From an uncultured Candidatus Saccharibacteria bacterium (lineage in GTDB: Bacteria > Patescibacteriota > UBA1384 > XYA2-FULL-43-10 > 1-14-0-10-43-13), in contig CAZGWE010000003.1 in the NCBI GenBank assembly GCA_964529405.1, forward strand, positions 17,192 through 81,191: DNA of 64,000 nt, written 5' to 3'. Position 1 is the first letter of the stretch. Every line of letters starts with the position of its first letter. The notes beneath the pieces were generated by a model that was not told the origin of the DNA, searched no databases, and saw only the letters and a program-made list of their open reading frames with translations. The position numbers and the translations under genes were made by a program. Shown one piece after another: positions 29,070 through 38,382 of this stretch.

Positions 29070-31232
29070 TTACTTTATCTTGATAAGAATACTGTACGGA
29101 TCTTTATAAACCACGCCGCCGCCGCTATACTGCTTCATTAGGCCTAGATTTTGATAATCGTTATTATTAACCCACCAATCCCGCCTGGCTAAAACACCGC
29201 TAAACTTGGCGTAAGAGTACAAAAAGTACGCGGGTCTCTGAGCAACCTCATTGGCGCTATCTATCTCATCCTGAATTGACTGGTAAAGAATCGGATCATA
29301 TTTTTTTACCAGAACCATCTTTTCTTCCGGCTCCTTGATTACCTTTTTTTCCAAATTAAACACGGAAACCTTTGTCCCGCGAGTAATTACTAAATTTTTG
29401 TCTTCATCAATTTTTAACGTAGAAAGAATATTGTCCTCAACCTGCGACGGGTAATCGTTCACGATTTTACTAATCTCCTTCGAAAACTCTGCCTGGTTGT
29501 TAAATTTTGTCTTCTTATATATCGGGATAAAAGTTTTGTTTCCGCCATAGATGTAAGAGATATTGTGGTTGACCTGAGTTGAAAAGATAATACTGTCAGA
29601 TGGAAGTTCCTTTATTTTCTTGATCACGCCTTTTTCGGCCGGGACAACCTGGCCGCCCATAAAGACCGTTCCGATCATAGTCCCGGTGATACCGACCAGG
29701 AGCCCCAGCCAGAGGAGAGCAATAAATATTTTTGAATTAACGATAGACTTACCCCGCTCCTCCGTCTTGGCCAACAATACAATTATTATGAATATCATCG
29801 CCAGCATAATATGCGGCCAGGTCCGGTTTGGAAAGAGGTTTATCCCTATTCGCGGAAATATTTCGGCAATAAAGAGATAAACAAACAGGAAAACAGATGT
29901 TGGCAGCAGCAGCAAGAAAATACTTTTTTCGCCGTTCGGATTAGCCAAGAAACGCCTTTTACTGCAATAGAATAATCCCAAAACAATTATTAAGGCCGCT
30001 ATCATGTTAAGACCGTTATAGAGATAGTAGAGGACAGCGCTCAAGCCCGGCCACCGGATCACACCGTCATCGATATTTGTAAAACTATCCAGAAACCACC
30101 ATTTCCAATAAGGTCCCGCGATAAAATCCAGTATTTTAGCGTAAGACAGCTGAAAGATCTGCGCCGAAACAGCCGACCGTAATGCGTCTAAAAATTGGTT
30201 CATTAGCAATAGATAGGGTAAAATGATGACAAAAGACAGCTTTAGATTTGACCGGACAAACTTAATTGCCTCCCCCTTCCGGCTGATAATCCCCAAAATA
30301 AAAGCCACCAGTGAAGCAAGAAATAAGAATATGCCGAATTCATGAAATCTAAACGAAACGTACGAATAGATTAGGGCGATTGCGGTCAGAAGTATGCTTG
30401 ATTGTTTCACCGAAAGGTAGAGCAAATAAAATACCGGGAGACTGAAAAAGATAACAAATGTTTCCGGTCTGACGTTCTCGCTCATAATTACCAATATAGG
30501 CGAAGCAATAATCAGGTTATATGTTAAAAATGCCAGATGCCTGTTTTTAATTGTTTTGATCAAATCGAAAAGCACAATAGCAGTAAAATAATAAAGCAGC
30601 GGTATTAAGAATTTAGTGAAACCGACGTAATCAATCCCGGCAATGAACTTTGAGTAAACCATAAAGAGGGCAAATCCATTTCGCTGTCCAACTAGCCAGC
30701 TGCTGTCAAAACCTTTGTCTATTATATGACGATAGATATTATAGTACTGGAAGGCATCGATCTCATAAATATATGGATTGAATAACAACCTAATGCCAAA
30801 CAAAACAATCGGAACCAGTGCGAACAAGACCAACCTTTTGTTTTCAGAAGTTAATTTGAATGGCAAAAATTGTTCATTTTGACGGTTCTTTAAGGATGTC
30901 AGGAAGTTCAAACAGAACAATCCCAAGTTTAGACCAATCATAAATATATGGCTTTTGTACTCAGAATAATTTACAACCCCCCGAAAAGCCGTGTAGAAAA
31001 TATAAACTGTGGCAATAGAACTTGTTATATCCAGTGCAAATTTCGTACTCCAGCTAATTTGCTTTGCGCTCTTTCTTAGCAAAACGTCATTTAAGTTATT
31101 TCCCGGCAAGTAGTAGAGTAGCAACACTCCCGGAATGAATTTTAGAAACTCTATACCCGGGTAACGGCCAATAAAGATGACAATTATAAAGACCCCTAAG
31201 ACCAATAAATTTATTACTGTTTTTAGTTTCAC
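29070..31232 (-). CDS. GT-C-like multi-TM membrane protein
   Basis: 720 aa, many TM segments, YEIDAFQY loop, RPE, R.W motifs, soluble C-terminal domain. Confidence 0.6.
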   Translation of the reverse strand: MKLKTVINLLVLGVFIIVIFIGRYPGIEFLKFIPGVLLLYYLPGNNLNDVLLRKSAKQISWSTKFALDITSSIATVYIFYTAFRGVVNYSEYKSHIFMIGLNLGLFCLNFLTSLKNRQNEQFLPFKLTSENKRLVLFALVPIVLFGIRLLFNPYIYEIDAFQYYNIYRHIIDKGFDSSWLVGQRNGFALFMVYSKFIAGIDYVGFTKFLIPLLYYFTAIVLFDLIKTIKNRHLAFLTYNLIIASPILVIMSENVRPETFVIFFSLPVFYLLYLSVKQSSILLTAIALIYSYVSFRFHEFGIFLFLASLVAFILGIISRKGEAIKFVRSNLKLSFVIILPYLLLMNQFLDALRSAVSAQIFQLSYAKILDFIAGPYWKWWFLDSFTNIDDGVIRWPGLSAVLYYLYNGLNMIAALIIVLGLFYCSKRRFLANPNGEKSIFLLLLPTSVFLFVYLFIAEIFPRIGINLFPNRTWPHIMLAMIFIIIVLLAKTEERGKSIVNSKIFIALLWLGLLVGITGTMIGTVFMGGQVVPAEKGVIKKIKELPSDSIIFSTQVNHNISYIYGGNKTFIPIYKKTKFNNQAEFSKEISKIVNDYPSQVEDNILSTLKIDEDKNLVITRGTKVSVFNLEKKVIKEPEEKMVLVKKYDPILYQSIQDEIDSANEVAQRPAYFLYSYAKFSGVLARRDWWVNNNDYQNLGLMKQYSGGGVVYKDPYSILIKIK

Positions 31233-31237
31233 AACTT

Positions 31238-32260
31238 TTAGAGAACCTTTCTAATTACTTGCCAATACAAATTGTTTATAGCATTAAACCAGTTTAGGGC
31301 TGGAATATCCATTTCTGAGAATTTTAAAGCAGTTGACCCGTATCGATCCATTAAAACCCGATCGGTAACTTTACGCCCCTTTTGGATTCTCCTCCGGCAA
31401 GCAACAAGGTGGGGCAGCAACTTAAGATAACCGAAGTAACTGCTAAGCTTCTTGGAGAACCACCCCTCTTTTAAAGAATATGCAATCATCGCCAATTCGG
31501 TAATAAGCCCAAGGGGTAGCAATAGTAAAAGCGTTCTACATTGAAAGTTTTTTGTCATAAAGGCCAAACGATTACGCTCAGCTAAGTACATTTTTTTCAT
31601 ATTGCGGGAAAAGCTGTATTTGTGCCAAACCAATGCGGCCGGTTCCAGTTTGATGTCATATCCAGCCATCCTGGCCCGCCAGAACAGGTCAACGTCTTCG
31701 TGATACATGAAGAATTCGCTGTCGAACAATCCGATCCGGTCGAGAATTGGCATCGGAATAAAAGCAGCTGCGCCGCTAGCCAATGCGATCGGTTTTTCTT
31801 TTGACAAGTTTGCCTGATAACCCTGGCGGTAACTACCGCAATAACTAAATCCCAGAATATGAACAACATTGCCGGCAGTGTTAATTAAATTGGTTTTCTG
31901 CCCATCGTGCAACAGAACTAAAGGCTGCAATATCTCCTTATCGTTTACTTTCTCCGACAATATCCGCAAGCACTTTAAGTCAATAACGGTGTCGGGATTT
32001 AAGAGCATTATATATTTAGCCCCAATCTTTTTTGCCTGCCTAATTCCAATATTATTCGCTTCAGCAAAACCGTAATTGCCCTTATTTTTAATCGCCAGTA
32101 CTTCCGGAAAATTTGATTCGATATATTCCAGCGAATCGTCAGTTGAGCAGTTATCCACAAATATCACCTTAAATTTCCCGCATTCAGACCTAAAAATGCT
32201 CCCTAAGCAGTCCGGGAGAAAGTTCCGACTATTAAAACCAACGATAATAATTGCGGTCAT
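31238..32260 (-). CDS. GT2 glycosyltransferase (rhamnosyltransferase-like)
   Basis: VDNCSTD, NYGFAEANN, LLNPD, FFMYHEDVDL. Confidence 0.9.
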   Translation of the reverse strand: MTAIIIVGFNSRNFLPDCLGSIFRSECGKFKVIFVDNCSTDDSLEYIESNFPEVLAIKNKGNYGFAEANNIGIRQAKKIGAKYIMLLNPDTVIDLKCLRILSEKVNDKEILQPLVLLHDGQKTNLINTAGNVVHILGFSYCGSYRQGYQANLSKEKPIALASGAAAFIPMPILDRIGLFDSEFFMYHEDVDLFWRARMAGYDIKLEPAALVWHKYSFSRNMKKMYLAERNRLAFMTKNFQCRTLLLLLPLGLITELAMIAYSLKEGWFSKKLSSYFGYLKLLPHLVACRRRIQKGRKVTDRVLMDRYGSTALKFSEMDIPALNWFNAINNLYWQVIRKVL

Positions 32261-32279
32261 AGTCGTTAGGCGTTAAGGG

Positions 32280-32621
32280 CTAGCTCTTTTCTTTTTTGTT
32301 GTGAAGAAGCTTGGAAATATTAACGGATAAATCTGTCAGCTCTTTATCAACGCTGTCAATTTTAACGTAAAGCCGAAAAGTAAGATAAAAAATTAAAATT
32401 AAGGCCAGAAAAAAAATGGTATCAATACCGCGCGATAAGCCCAAGAAACCGGCAATCTTGTCCGAGATTTTCGGATTGAGGACAAGAATAAGGGTTGCTG
32501 CCCATATTAACAACCAAAAAACAGCGGAGCTAGAGCTAATAGTTCTTTCCCTAAATCTAAGCATCGCCCGTGAAGATGCGAAAGCAATGAAAATTATCGT
32601 TAAAACTTTAATTACCGTCAC
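32280..32621 (-). CDS. DUF2304 membrane protein
   Basis: 113 aa, 3 TM, LGLSRGID motif, coupled to the upstream GT2. Confidence 0.85.
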   Translation of the reverse strand: MTVIKVLTIIFIAFASSRAMLRFRERTISSSSAVFWLLIWAATLILVLNPKISDKIAGFLGLSRGIDTIFFLALILIFYLTFRLYVKIDSVDKELTDLSVNISKLLHNKKEKS

Positions 32622-33310
32622 GACGCCAATTTCCTGATTAAGACTTTAAGACCGATCTTCCAGAAGTTCGAACTGCGCTGTCCCTTTTTCAACGAATATT
32701 CGGAGTAGATTAATTTCACTGCCACTTCCTGATAACAAAGATTATGCCGCTGAATTTCATCTATTATCTCCGAAGCATGCTCCATACCTCTTTGGCGAAT
32801 ATTTATCTTGTCCAGTGCTTTCAGGCCAATTGCACGCAAACCGTTATGAGTATCAGTTAGGGAGGTTTTGGAAACAATATTTGTAAACAGAACGCCTGCC
32901 TTTAATATCGCTTTCCTGAAAGCAGGCAGGGCTGTTTCGTTGGTTAAGAACCGCGACCCCAGGGCAATATCGCACTTTTCCTCAAGAACCGGTTCCATCA
33001 ACATTACCAGGTCTTTGGCTTGATGCTGCCCGTCTGCATCGAAAGTCGCCACGACTTGCGGCCGCACATTTTCCCTTAAATATTCAATTCCCGTCCTTAA
33101 AGCAGCCCCCTGTCCACGGTTTATGACATGGTTTATCACTTCAGCGCCAGCTCTGGCCGCAACTGCGGCCGTTTTGTCGGAACTACCATCATTTACAACC
33201 AGGATGTCGTTATAGCCCTCCGCTTGCAAAGATCTTATAACTCGGCCAATATGTTTTTCTTCATTGAAAGCCGGTATTAAGATGTAAATTTTTTTCCCTC
33301 GATGTTTCAT
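32618..33310 (-). CDS. GT2 polyprenol-phosphate glycosyltransferase (DPM1-like)
   Basis: IPAFNE, NDGSSD, NRGQGAAL, FDADGQH, GSRF, TDTHNGLR, HASEI. Confidence 0.9.
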   Translation of the reverse strand: MKHRGKKIYILIPAFNEEKHIGRVIRSLQAEGYNDILVVNDGSSDKTAAVAARAGAEVINHVINRGQGAALRTGIEYLRENVRPQVVATFDADGQHQAKDLVMLMEPVLEEKCDIALGSRFLTNETALPAFRKAILKAGVLFTNIVSKTSLTDTHNGLRAIGLKALDKINIRQRGMEHASEIIDEIQRHNLCYQEVAVKLIYSEYSLKKGQRSSNFWKIGLKVLIRKLAS

Positions 33311-33390
33311 ATAATCGTAAAGATCAACTGCCCTTAGGTAAGGATTAACATATACTATTGCAAAACCTCAATCGAACTAGTGTTAGCATT

Positions 33391-33419
33391 ATTATAACCA
33401 GCAAAGTTTAATTTTGCAA
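33391..33419 (-). promoter_or_regulatory. sigma70-type promoter of the GT2-DUF2304 operon
   Basis: TTGCAA-17-TATAAT on the minus strand. Confidence 0.55.
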
Positions 33420-33493
33420 AGAGCCGGTCGTTTAGCGTGTAACTCGTAATAATTAATACCTCTAACACACGCTTAAAATCAGGCGCTAAATAT

Positions 33494-34435
33494 TTAACGA
33501 TTGTCCAGGTATTCGCCCAGCATCTTCTGCCAAGATCTGACTTTAATAGCCAAGGCTTGTTCAATTTTTGATTTGTCTAAATATGAATAAGCCGGGCGCT
33601 TGGCTTTTTGGGGATACTGATTACTGGTAATCGGCTTGACTTCGATTTTGATATTAGATTGCTTAAATATTTCAACTGCAAAGTCATACCAGGAACAGGC
33701 ACCCGTGCCGGAGAAATGGTAAGTGCCGTAGGGTAACGTCGGACGTTGATCGGTTGCGAGGCCCGTTTCGGTTTTCGGTAACGTTAGACGTGGCCTCTCG
33801 ATGATACGGGCATCGTTACCGTAACCGCTAGACGCAATCCGATCTATCACTTCAACTAAATCCCCCGTGTAAGTTGGCGATCCGATTTGGTCATTGACAA
33901 CCGATAATTCATTACGCTCTTTGGCCAGGCGCAACATTGTCTCAACAAAATTTGTTCCCGGGTGGCCTTCCGGCAGTTCGCCAAACAACCAGGCAATGCG
34001 CAGAATGTAATATTTATCGCAGATTTTAGCCACGGCTTTTTCACCCTCATACTTTGTCATACCATAGACCGAGAGAGGGTTAGGCGTTTGGCGTTCGGAG
34101 TAGGGCGTATTTTGTTTGCCATCAAAAACATAATCGGTTGAGATGTAGATTAATGTTGCATCATTCGCCTTGGCTGCTTTGGCCACATTCTCCGTCCCGT
34201 AAACATTTATTCTGCGGCATAGCTCCTCGTTTTCTTCCGCCGCGTCAACTTTTGTATAAGCCGCACCATGGATGATAAATTTAGGTTCTTCTCGGCCAAT
34301 AACTTCATTGACAATCCCTGGATTAGTAATATCCATATCGTCGGAATCGGTCAGAATTAGTTTGCAGTTGGCGGATAGCAGTTGGCGGATTTTATAACCA
34401 AGCTGGCCCTTGGCACCAGTCACCAATATTTTCAT
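33494..34435 (-). CDS. rmlD: dTDP-4-dehydrorhamnose reductase carrying an in-frame palindromic insertion
   Basis: VTGAKGQLG, ISTDYVFDG, YGMTK, DQIGSPT; start ATG 34435 with GAGGA RBS. Confidence 0.93.
   Translation of the reverse strand: MKILVTGAKGQLGYKIRQLLSANCKLILTDSDDMDITNPGIVNEVIGREEPKFIIHGAAYTKVDAAEENEELCRRINVYGTENVAKAAKANDATLIYISTDYVFDGKQNTPYSERQTPNPLSVYGMTKYEGEKAVAKICDKYYILRIAWLFGELPEGHPGTNFVETMLRLAKERNELSVVNDQIGSPTYTGDLVEVIDRIASSGYGNDARIIERPRLTLPKTETGLATDQRPTLPYGTYHFSGTGACSWYDFAVEIFKQSNIKIEVKPITSNQYPQKAKRPAYSYLDKSKIEQALAIKVRSWQKMLGEYLDNR
33752..33826 (-). repeat. Palindromic element copy 1 (inside rmlD, 75 nt)
   Basis: GGTTGCGAGGCCCGTTTCG...GATACGGGCATCGTTACCGTAACC. Confidence 0.85.
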
Positions 34436-34462
34436 AAAATTCCTCTTCGTCTTATGTTTAAG

Positions 34463-34554
34463 GGTTGCGAAGCCCGTTTCGTTTAGCGTTATTCGGCTAC
34501 GGTTCAAGATGAACGACGTAACCGCCTAACGATACGGGCATTGTTACCGTAGCC
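34463..34554 (-). repeat. Palindromic element copy 2 (rmlB-rmlD intergenic)
   Basis: GGTTGCGAAGCCCGTTTCGTT...AACGATACGGGCATTGTTACCGTAGCC. Confidence 0.85.
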
Positions 34555-34562
34555 CATTGATA

Positions 34563-35609
34563 TTAGATCCCTATTTTTGCTTTGGAATCTTGGCTTTTGG
34601 CTTTATTAGCTGCTGCCCTTTGGCTGTCTAAATACTCTTTTGAAATAATTCGTTCCCACCATTCTCGATTGTCTTGATACCATTCGATTGTCTTCTTGAT
34701 CCCCTCATCAAAGGTCACAGAGGGCTGCCAGCCGAGCTCACGGCTTATTTTTGAGTGATCCATAGCATAACGCATATCGTGACCCTTGCGATCCTCAACA
34801 AAGGTTTTTAAGGAATCCGGTTTGTTTAATGCCTCGAGAATGGCGTCAGCCATATCAATGCCGTTTTTCTCTGCGTCTCCTCCAATACAGTAAGTTTCAC
34901 CGTCTTTGCCCTCATGTAATATCGCATCGATTGCGCCGGTATGGTCTGTTACAAACAAATAATCGCGAACGGCTTTTCCGGAGCCATAGATCGGCAGCGG
35001 TTTGTCTTGCATGGCGTTTGTAATAAACAGCGGGACCACCTTCTCGGGAAAATGATACGGACCATAGTTGTTGGTGCAGTTTGAGATTGTGACAGGCAAA
35101 GCATAAGTCTCGCTATAGGCCCTTACCAGATGGTCTGAGCTTGCTTTTGAGGCTGAATACGGAGACCTGGGTGAATAAGGAGTATTTTCGGTAAACTTTT
35201 CTTCCGGCTTGTCTAGTCTTAATGCGCCAAATACCTCATCGGTCGAGACATGATGAAACCGCTTAATGTTTTTGGCTCTTGCGGCATCTAGCAACACCTG
35301 CGTCCCGATTACATTGGTCTCGACAAAGATGGCTGGAGCGCTGATTGATCGGTCAACGTGCGACTCGGCCGCAAAGTGGACTACCCAATCGCAGCCCTCC
35401 ATAGCCTTTTCAACGATATCGCGGTCGCAAATATCGCCTTGAATAAAAGAGTAATTCGGATTGTCCTCGACGGATTTTAGATTCTCAAGATTCCCAGCGT
35501 ATGTTAGCTTGTCCAAATTAACAATCTTATAATCCGGATACTTCTCCATCATATAAAGTATGAAGTTCGAGCCGATAAAGCCGGCCCCGCCGGTGACTAA
35601 TAGTTTCAT
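34563..35609 (-). CDS. rmlB: dTDP-glucose 4,6-dehydratase
   Basis: TGGAGFIG, DKLTYAGN, AAESHVDRS, STDEV, YSASK. Confidence 0.96.
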   Translation of the reverse strand: MKLLVTGGAGFIGSNFILYMMEKYPDYKIVNLDKLTYAGNLENLKSVEDNPNYSFIQGDICDRDIVEKAMEGCDWVVHFAAESHVDRSISAPAIFVETNVIGTQVLLDAARAKNIKRFHHVSTDEVFGALRLDKPEEKFTENTPYSPRSPYSASKASSDHLVRAYSETYALPVTISNCTNNYGPYHFPEKVVPLFITNAMQDKPLPIYGSGKAVRDYLFVTDHTGAIDAILHEGKDGETYCIGGDAEKNGIDMADAILEALNKPDSLKTFVEDRKGHDMRYAMDHSKISRELGWQPSVTFDEGIKKTIEWYQDNREWWERIISKEYLDSQRAAANKAKSQDSKAKIGI

Positions 35610-35624
35610 ATGACCACCAGATTT

Positions 35625-36176
35625 TTAATATTCAAAATTTACATCACTGTCTTTAAGCAGCGGGGCGTTTCTGTCTTTATCCGATAGTATTGGTTCGGAA
35701 ACGCCCCAGTCAACACCGATCTCCGAATCATCAAAGCGAATGCCGCGGTCATGCTCGGCTGAATAATATTCGTCAACTTTGTATTGGAATTCAGTATCTG
35801 GCTCAAGCGTTAAGAAACCATGAGCAAAACCTTTGGGAATAAAGAATTGTTTTTTATTCTCTGCCGACAACTCAACAGATACCCATTTCTTGTATGTCGG
35901 AGAGTTCTTGCGCAGATCGACAGCCACATCCAGAACCGCGCCCTTGGTACAGCGAATCAATTTGGCTTGAGCCTTTGGCGCAAGCTGAAAGTGCAAACCT
36001 CGCAAGATTCCTCTGGCCGCGCTCATCGAGTGGTTGTCCTGGACGAAGTCAACCTCAATGCCAAGTTCGGCCAACTTCTTCTTGCTATAAGACTCAAAAA
36101 ACCAACCCCGCTCATCGCCAAAAACATCCGGTTCGATAATTTTAACGTCTTCAATTTTGGTTGAAACAATCTTCAT
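35625..36176 (-). CDS. rmlC: dTDP-4-dehydrorhamnose 3,5-epimerase
   Basis: DERGWF, QDNHS, RGLHFQ, QAKL, GFAHGF. Confidence 0.96.
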   Translation of the reverse strand: MKIVSTKIEDVKIIEPDVFGDERGWFFESYSKKKLAELGIEVDFVQDNHSMSAARGILRGLHFQLAPKAQAKLIRCTKGAVLDVAVDLRKNSPTYKKWVSVELSAENKKQFFIPKGFAHGFLTLEPDTEFQYKVDEYYSAEHDRGIRFDDSEIGVDWGVSEPILSDKDRNAPLLKDSDVNFEY

Positions 36177-36198
36177 AACTCCCCTGACGAAATTATCA

Positions 36199-36282
36199 CC
36201 CCCTCACTAAATTACGAATTAGCAGTCCGAGTTTGATTCGTACTTTCGCGTTTTCGTGCAAATTCGCAATTTAGTGAGGGGG
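36199..36282. repeat. Long intergenic inverted repeat (26-bp arms)
   Basis: CCCCCTCACTAAATTACGAATTAGCA / TGCAAATTCGCAATTTAGTGAGGGGG, 24/26 complementary. Confidence 0.85.
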
Positions 36283-36291
36283 GCGAAGTTA

Positions 36292-37017
36292 TTATACTTG
36301 CGCCCTGGCTTTCTCTGCCATAATCTGGTTGGCCCGCAGCAGACTATCGAACGTGCCGGCATCTTCCCAAACACCCTCGATAATATTAACCTTCAGCTCT
36401 CGTTTTTTGAGATAAACATTATTTAGGTCGGTAATCTCGATCTCGCCCCTGGCAGAGGGCTTCAAATTTTTAGCGTATTCAATAACCCGATTGTCATAAG
36501 TATAAATGCCGACTACGGCATAATCGCTTTTTGGTGTGGACGGTTTCTCCTCGATTGATAAAACTTTCATGTTTTTGTCGAATTCGGCCACACCAAACCG
36601 TTCCGGATCATGGACTTTTTTAGCAAAAACCATGGCGCCTTTTTCGAAAGATTTGACATCGCGCGAAAAATCATGGTCAAAGATATTGTCGCCGAGAATC
36701 ATAGTAACACTATCTTTGCCGATAAAATCCTCCCCGACGATAAAAGCGTCAGCTAAACCGCGCGGCTCTTCCTGGATGACATAGCTGAATCTAGCCCCAA
36801 ACTCCTTGCCGGTTCCCAGCAAATTCAAGAAGTGGCCGGAGTAATCGGGGGCAATGATGATCAAAATATCTTTGATGCCGGCGTTAATCAATGTCTCGAT
36901 CGGATAATAGATCATCGGTTTATTGTAAACCGGCAACAACTGTTTAGAAGTGATCTTAGTCAAAGGCCTAAGCCTTGTCGCACGCCCCCCCGCCAGAACG
37001 ATACCTTTCATCTTCAT
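36292..37017 (-). CDS. rmlA: Glucose-1-phosphate thymidylyltransferase (short form)
   Basis: GIVLAGGRATRLRPLT, KQLLPVY, LGDN, EEKP, RGEIEIT, W.DAGT. Confidence 0.92.
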   Translation of the reverse strand: MKMKGIVLAGGRATRLRPLTKITSKQLLPVYNKPMIYYPIETLINAGIKDILIIIAPDYSGHFLNLLGTGKEFGARFSYVIQEEPRGLADAFIVGEDFIGKDSVTMILGDNIFDHDFSRDVKSFEKGAMVFAKKVHDPERFGVAEFDKNMKVLSIEEKPSTPKSDYAVVGIYTYDNRVIEYAKNLKPSARGEIEITDLNNVYLKKRELKVNIIEGVWEDAGTFDSLLRANQIMAEKARAQV

Positions 37018-37035
37018 AACAACTCCTGTTATTAC

Positions 37036-37128
37036 GATGCTAATCTACGAACAACATCCGAATGCCGCAAATGGGATCGAGCAATCAATATTCGCAGCAT
37101 TCGCATGTTAATTCGCAGCATTCGCATC
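37036..37128. repeat. Imperfect inverted repeat built from ATTCGCAGCATTCGCAT units, overlapping the gtrA 3' end
   Basis: Exact 17-mer at 37090 and 37111; degenerate complementary arm at 37036-37072. Confidence 0.75.
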
Positions 37129-37566
37129 GCTTGCGTTCGTTTTAAATGTCCACAATTTATTGGCGCCAAAATTCCAAAAGAAAACCAAAAACACGGCAAT
37201 CAGTTTGCCCACATTATAAGCAGATATCTCCCTTCCGGCAAGAGCCAGGCTCCGGTCTATCGCAGCAACATAAAAGTTAACGATTAACTCCGTTAACAAT
37301 AAACCGATGACGGAGACTATCGCGAATTGGCTGAATTTCTTGGCCTCCTGGCCCTCCGTATCATAACTGAAAGTCCAGCGCGAGTTCATATAGTAGCCGT
37401 TAACAGTCCCACCGATAAAACCGACCGCCACGGCTATCCACAATAGCCAACCCAACCACGTTTTAAGGATGTTTAGTAAGACCATATCAATCGCCGTACT
37501 GACGGCACCGACAACCCCGTATTTAACAATTTGGTTAATGATTGGCTGCTCTTGCTTCTTTACCAT
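37108..37566 (-). CDS. GtrA family flippase
   Basis: KYGVVG, YYMNSRWTF, WNFGANKLWTF. Confidence 0.9.
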   Translation of the reverse strand: MVKKQEQPIINQIVKYGVVGAVSTAIDMVLLNILKTWLGWLLWIAVAVGFIGGTVNGYYMNSRWTFSYDTEGQEAKKFSQFAIVSVIGLLLTELIVNFYVAAIDRSLALAGREISAYNVGKLIAVFLVFFWNFGANKLWTFKTNASDANAAN

Positions 37567-37634
37567 AGAACCTCGCTCGGTTAAAAATATATTGTCTTGA
37601 TTATACAATAAAAATCACTTTTTTTATATCCGTG

Positions 37635-37664
37635 TTGACGATGTGCCAAGTCATCTTGTAGAAT
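37635..37664 (+). promoter_or_regulatory. sigma70-type promoter
   Basis: TTGACG-18-TAGAAT. Confidence 0.5.
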
Positions 37665-37716
37665 GAGTGGGAAATTAGGATTTAGACATTCCCCGTCTTA
37701 CGGGGCAGGAGGCATC

Positions 37717-38364
37717 ATGCTGAACGTAGATATCGAAAAGATTTTACCCGTGACGGAGGCAAGAGATTCGCTCAACAAGATTGTTGAAGAGGTCAGCAGT
37801 AGCGACGAAATGTATGTTCTAACCGTCAACGGCAAACCGAATGCCGTTGTGGTAGGCGTACAACACTTGGAAAAGCTGACTGGCAACTCCCGTGATGATC
37901 TTATGGCTAAAGCCGGCATCGCCGCCGCAACCGGTAGCCAGACCGATGATGCAACTAACGCCAAAATAGGAAACACATCCGCAGATGATACCGCTAACAA
38001 TCTCAACACTAAGCCGGTTGAATCCTTGCCGACCGATTCAACGCCAAGCCAACCTCTGGTTGGCCAAGACGCAAGCGGCACCGAATCCCCTCTGCCGACT
38101 ATGCCGGCGGGCGAAAATGCCGCTCCGACCGATACGGCCCAAACAACCCAACCGGGACAGCAGCAAGACCCCGAGGCGGCAGTGCCTCTGAACGGTGAAC
38201 CGGCGGACGCCTCTCCGATGACAACCGGCCAAAGCATTACTCCGGAGACAGATCCGTTTGCCACTCCCGGCCCCAACGATATTTTTGAACAAACCAATTC
38301 CCAAAGTCAAAATCCGCCTCAAAGTAACGGAAACCAGCCAACCAGCAATCCCCCGGCTGTCTAA
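37717..38364 (+). CDS. Phd/YefM-like antitoxin domain with a long disordered acidic tail
   Basis: ILPVTEARDSLNKIVEEV...VLTVNGKPNAVVV, then P/T/Q/D/N-rich tail; GGAGG RBS before ATG 37717. Confidence 0.8.
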   Translation: MLNVDIEKILPVTEARDSLNKIVEEVSSSDEMYVLTVNGKPNAVVVGVQHLEKLTGNSRDDLMAKAGIAAATGSQTDDATNAKIGNTSADDTANNLNTKPVESLPTDSTPSQPLVGQDASGTESPLPTMPAGENAAPTDTAQTTQPGQQQDPEAAVPLNGEPADASPMTTGQSITPETDPFATPGPNDIFEQTNSQSQNPPQSNGNQPTSNPPAV

Positions 38365-38382
38365 TTATGGAGTAAGTGGAAC

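Noticed and set aside
32151-32159. Perfect DnaA box TTATCCACA
   Set aside because: Isolated and dictated by the conserved FVDN codons of the GT2.
34436-34507. Extended RmlD N-terminus in the ORF track
   Set aside because: Read from the palindromic element; true ATG with RBS is at 34435.
37698-38297. 199-aa minus-strand ORF
   Set aside because: Antisense of the low-complexity tail of the Phd-like gene.
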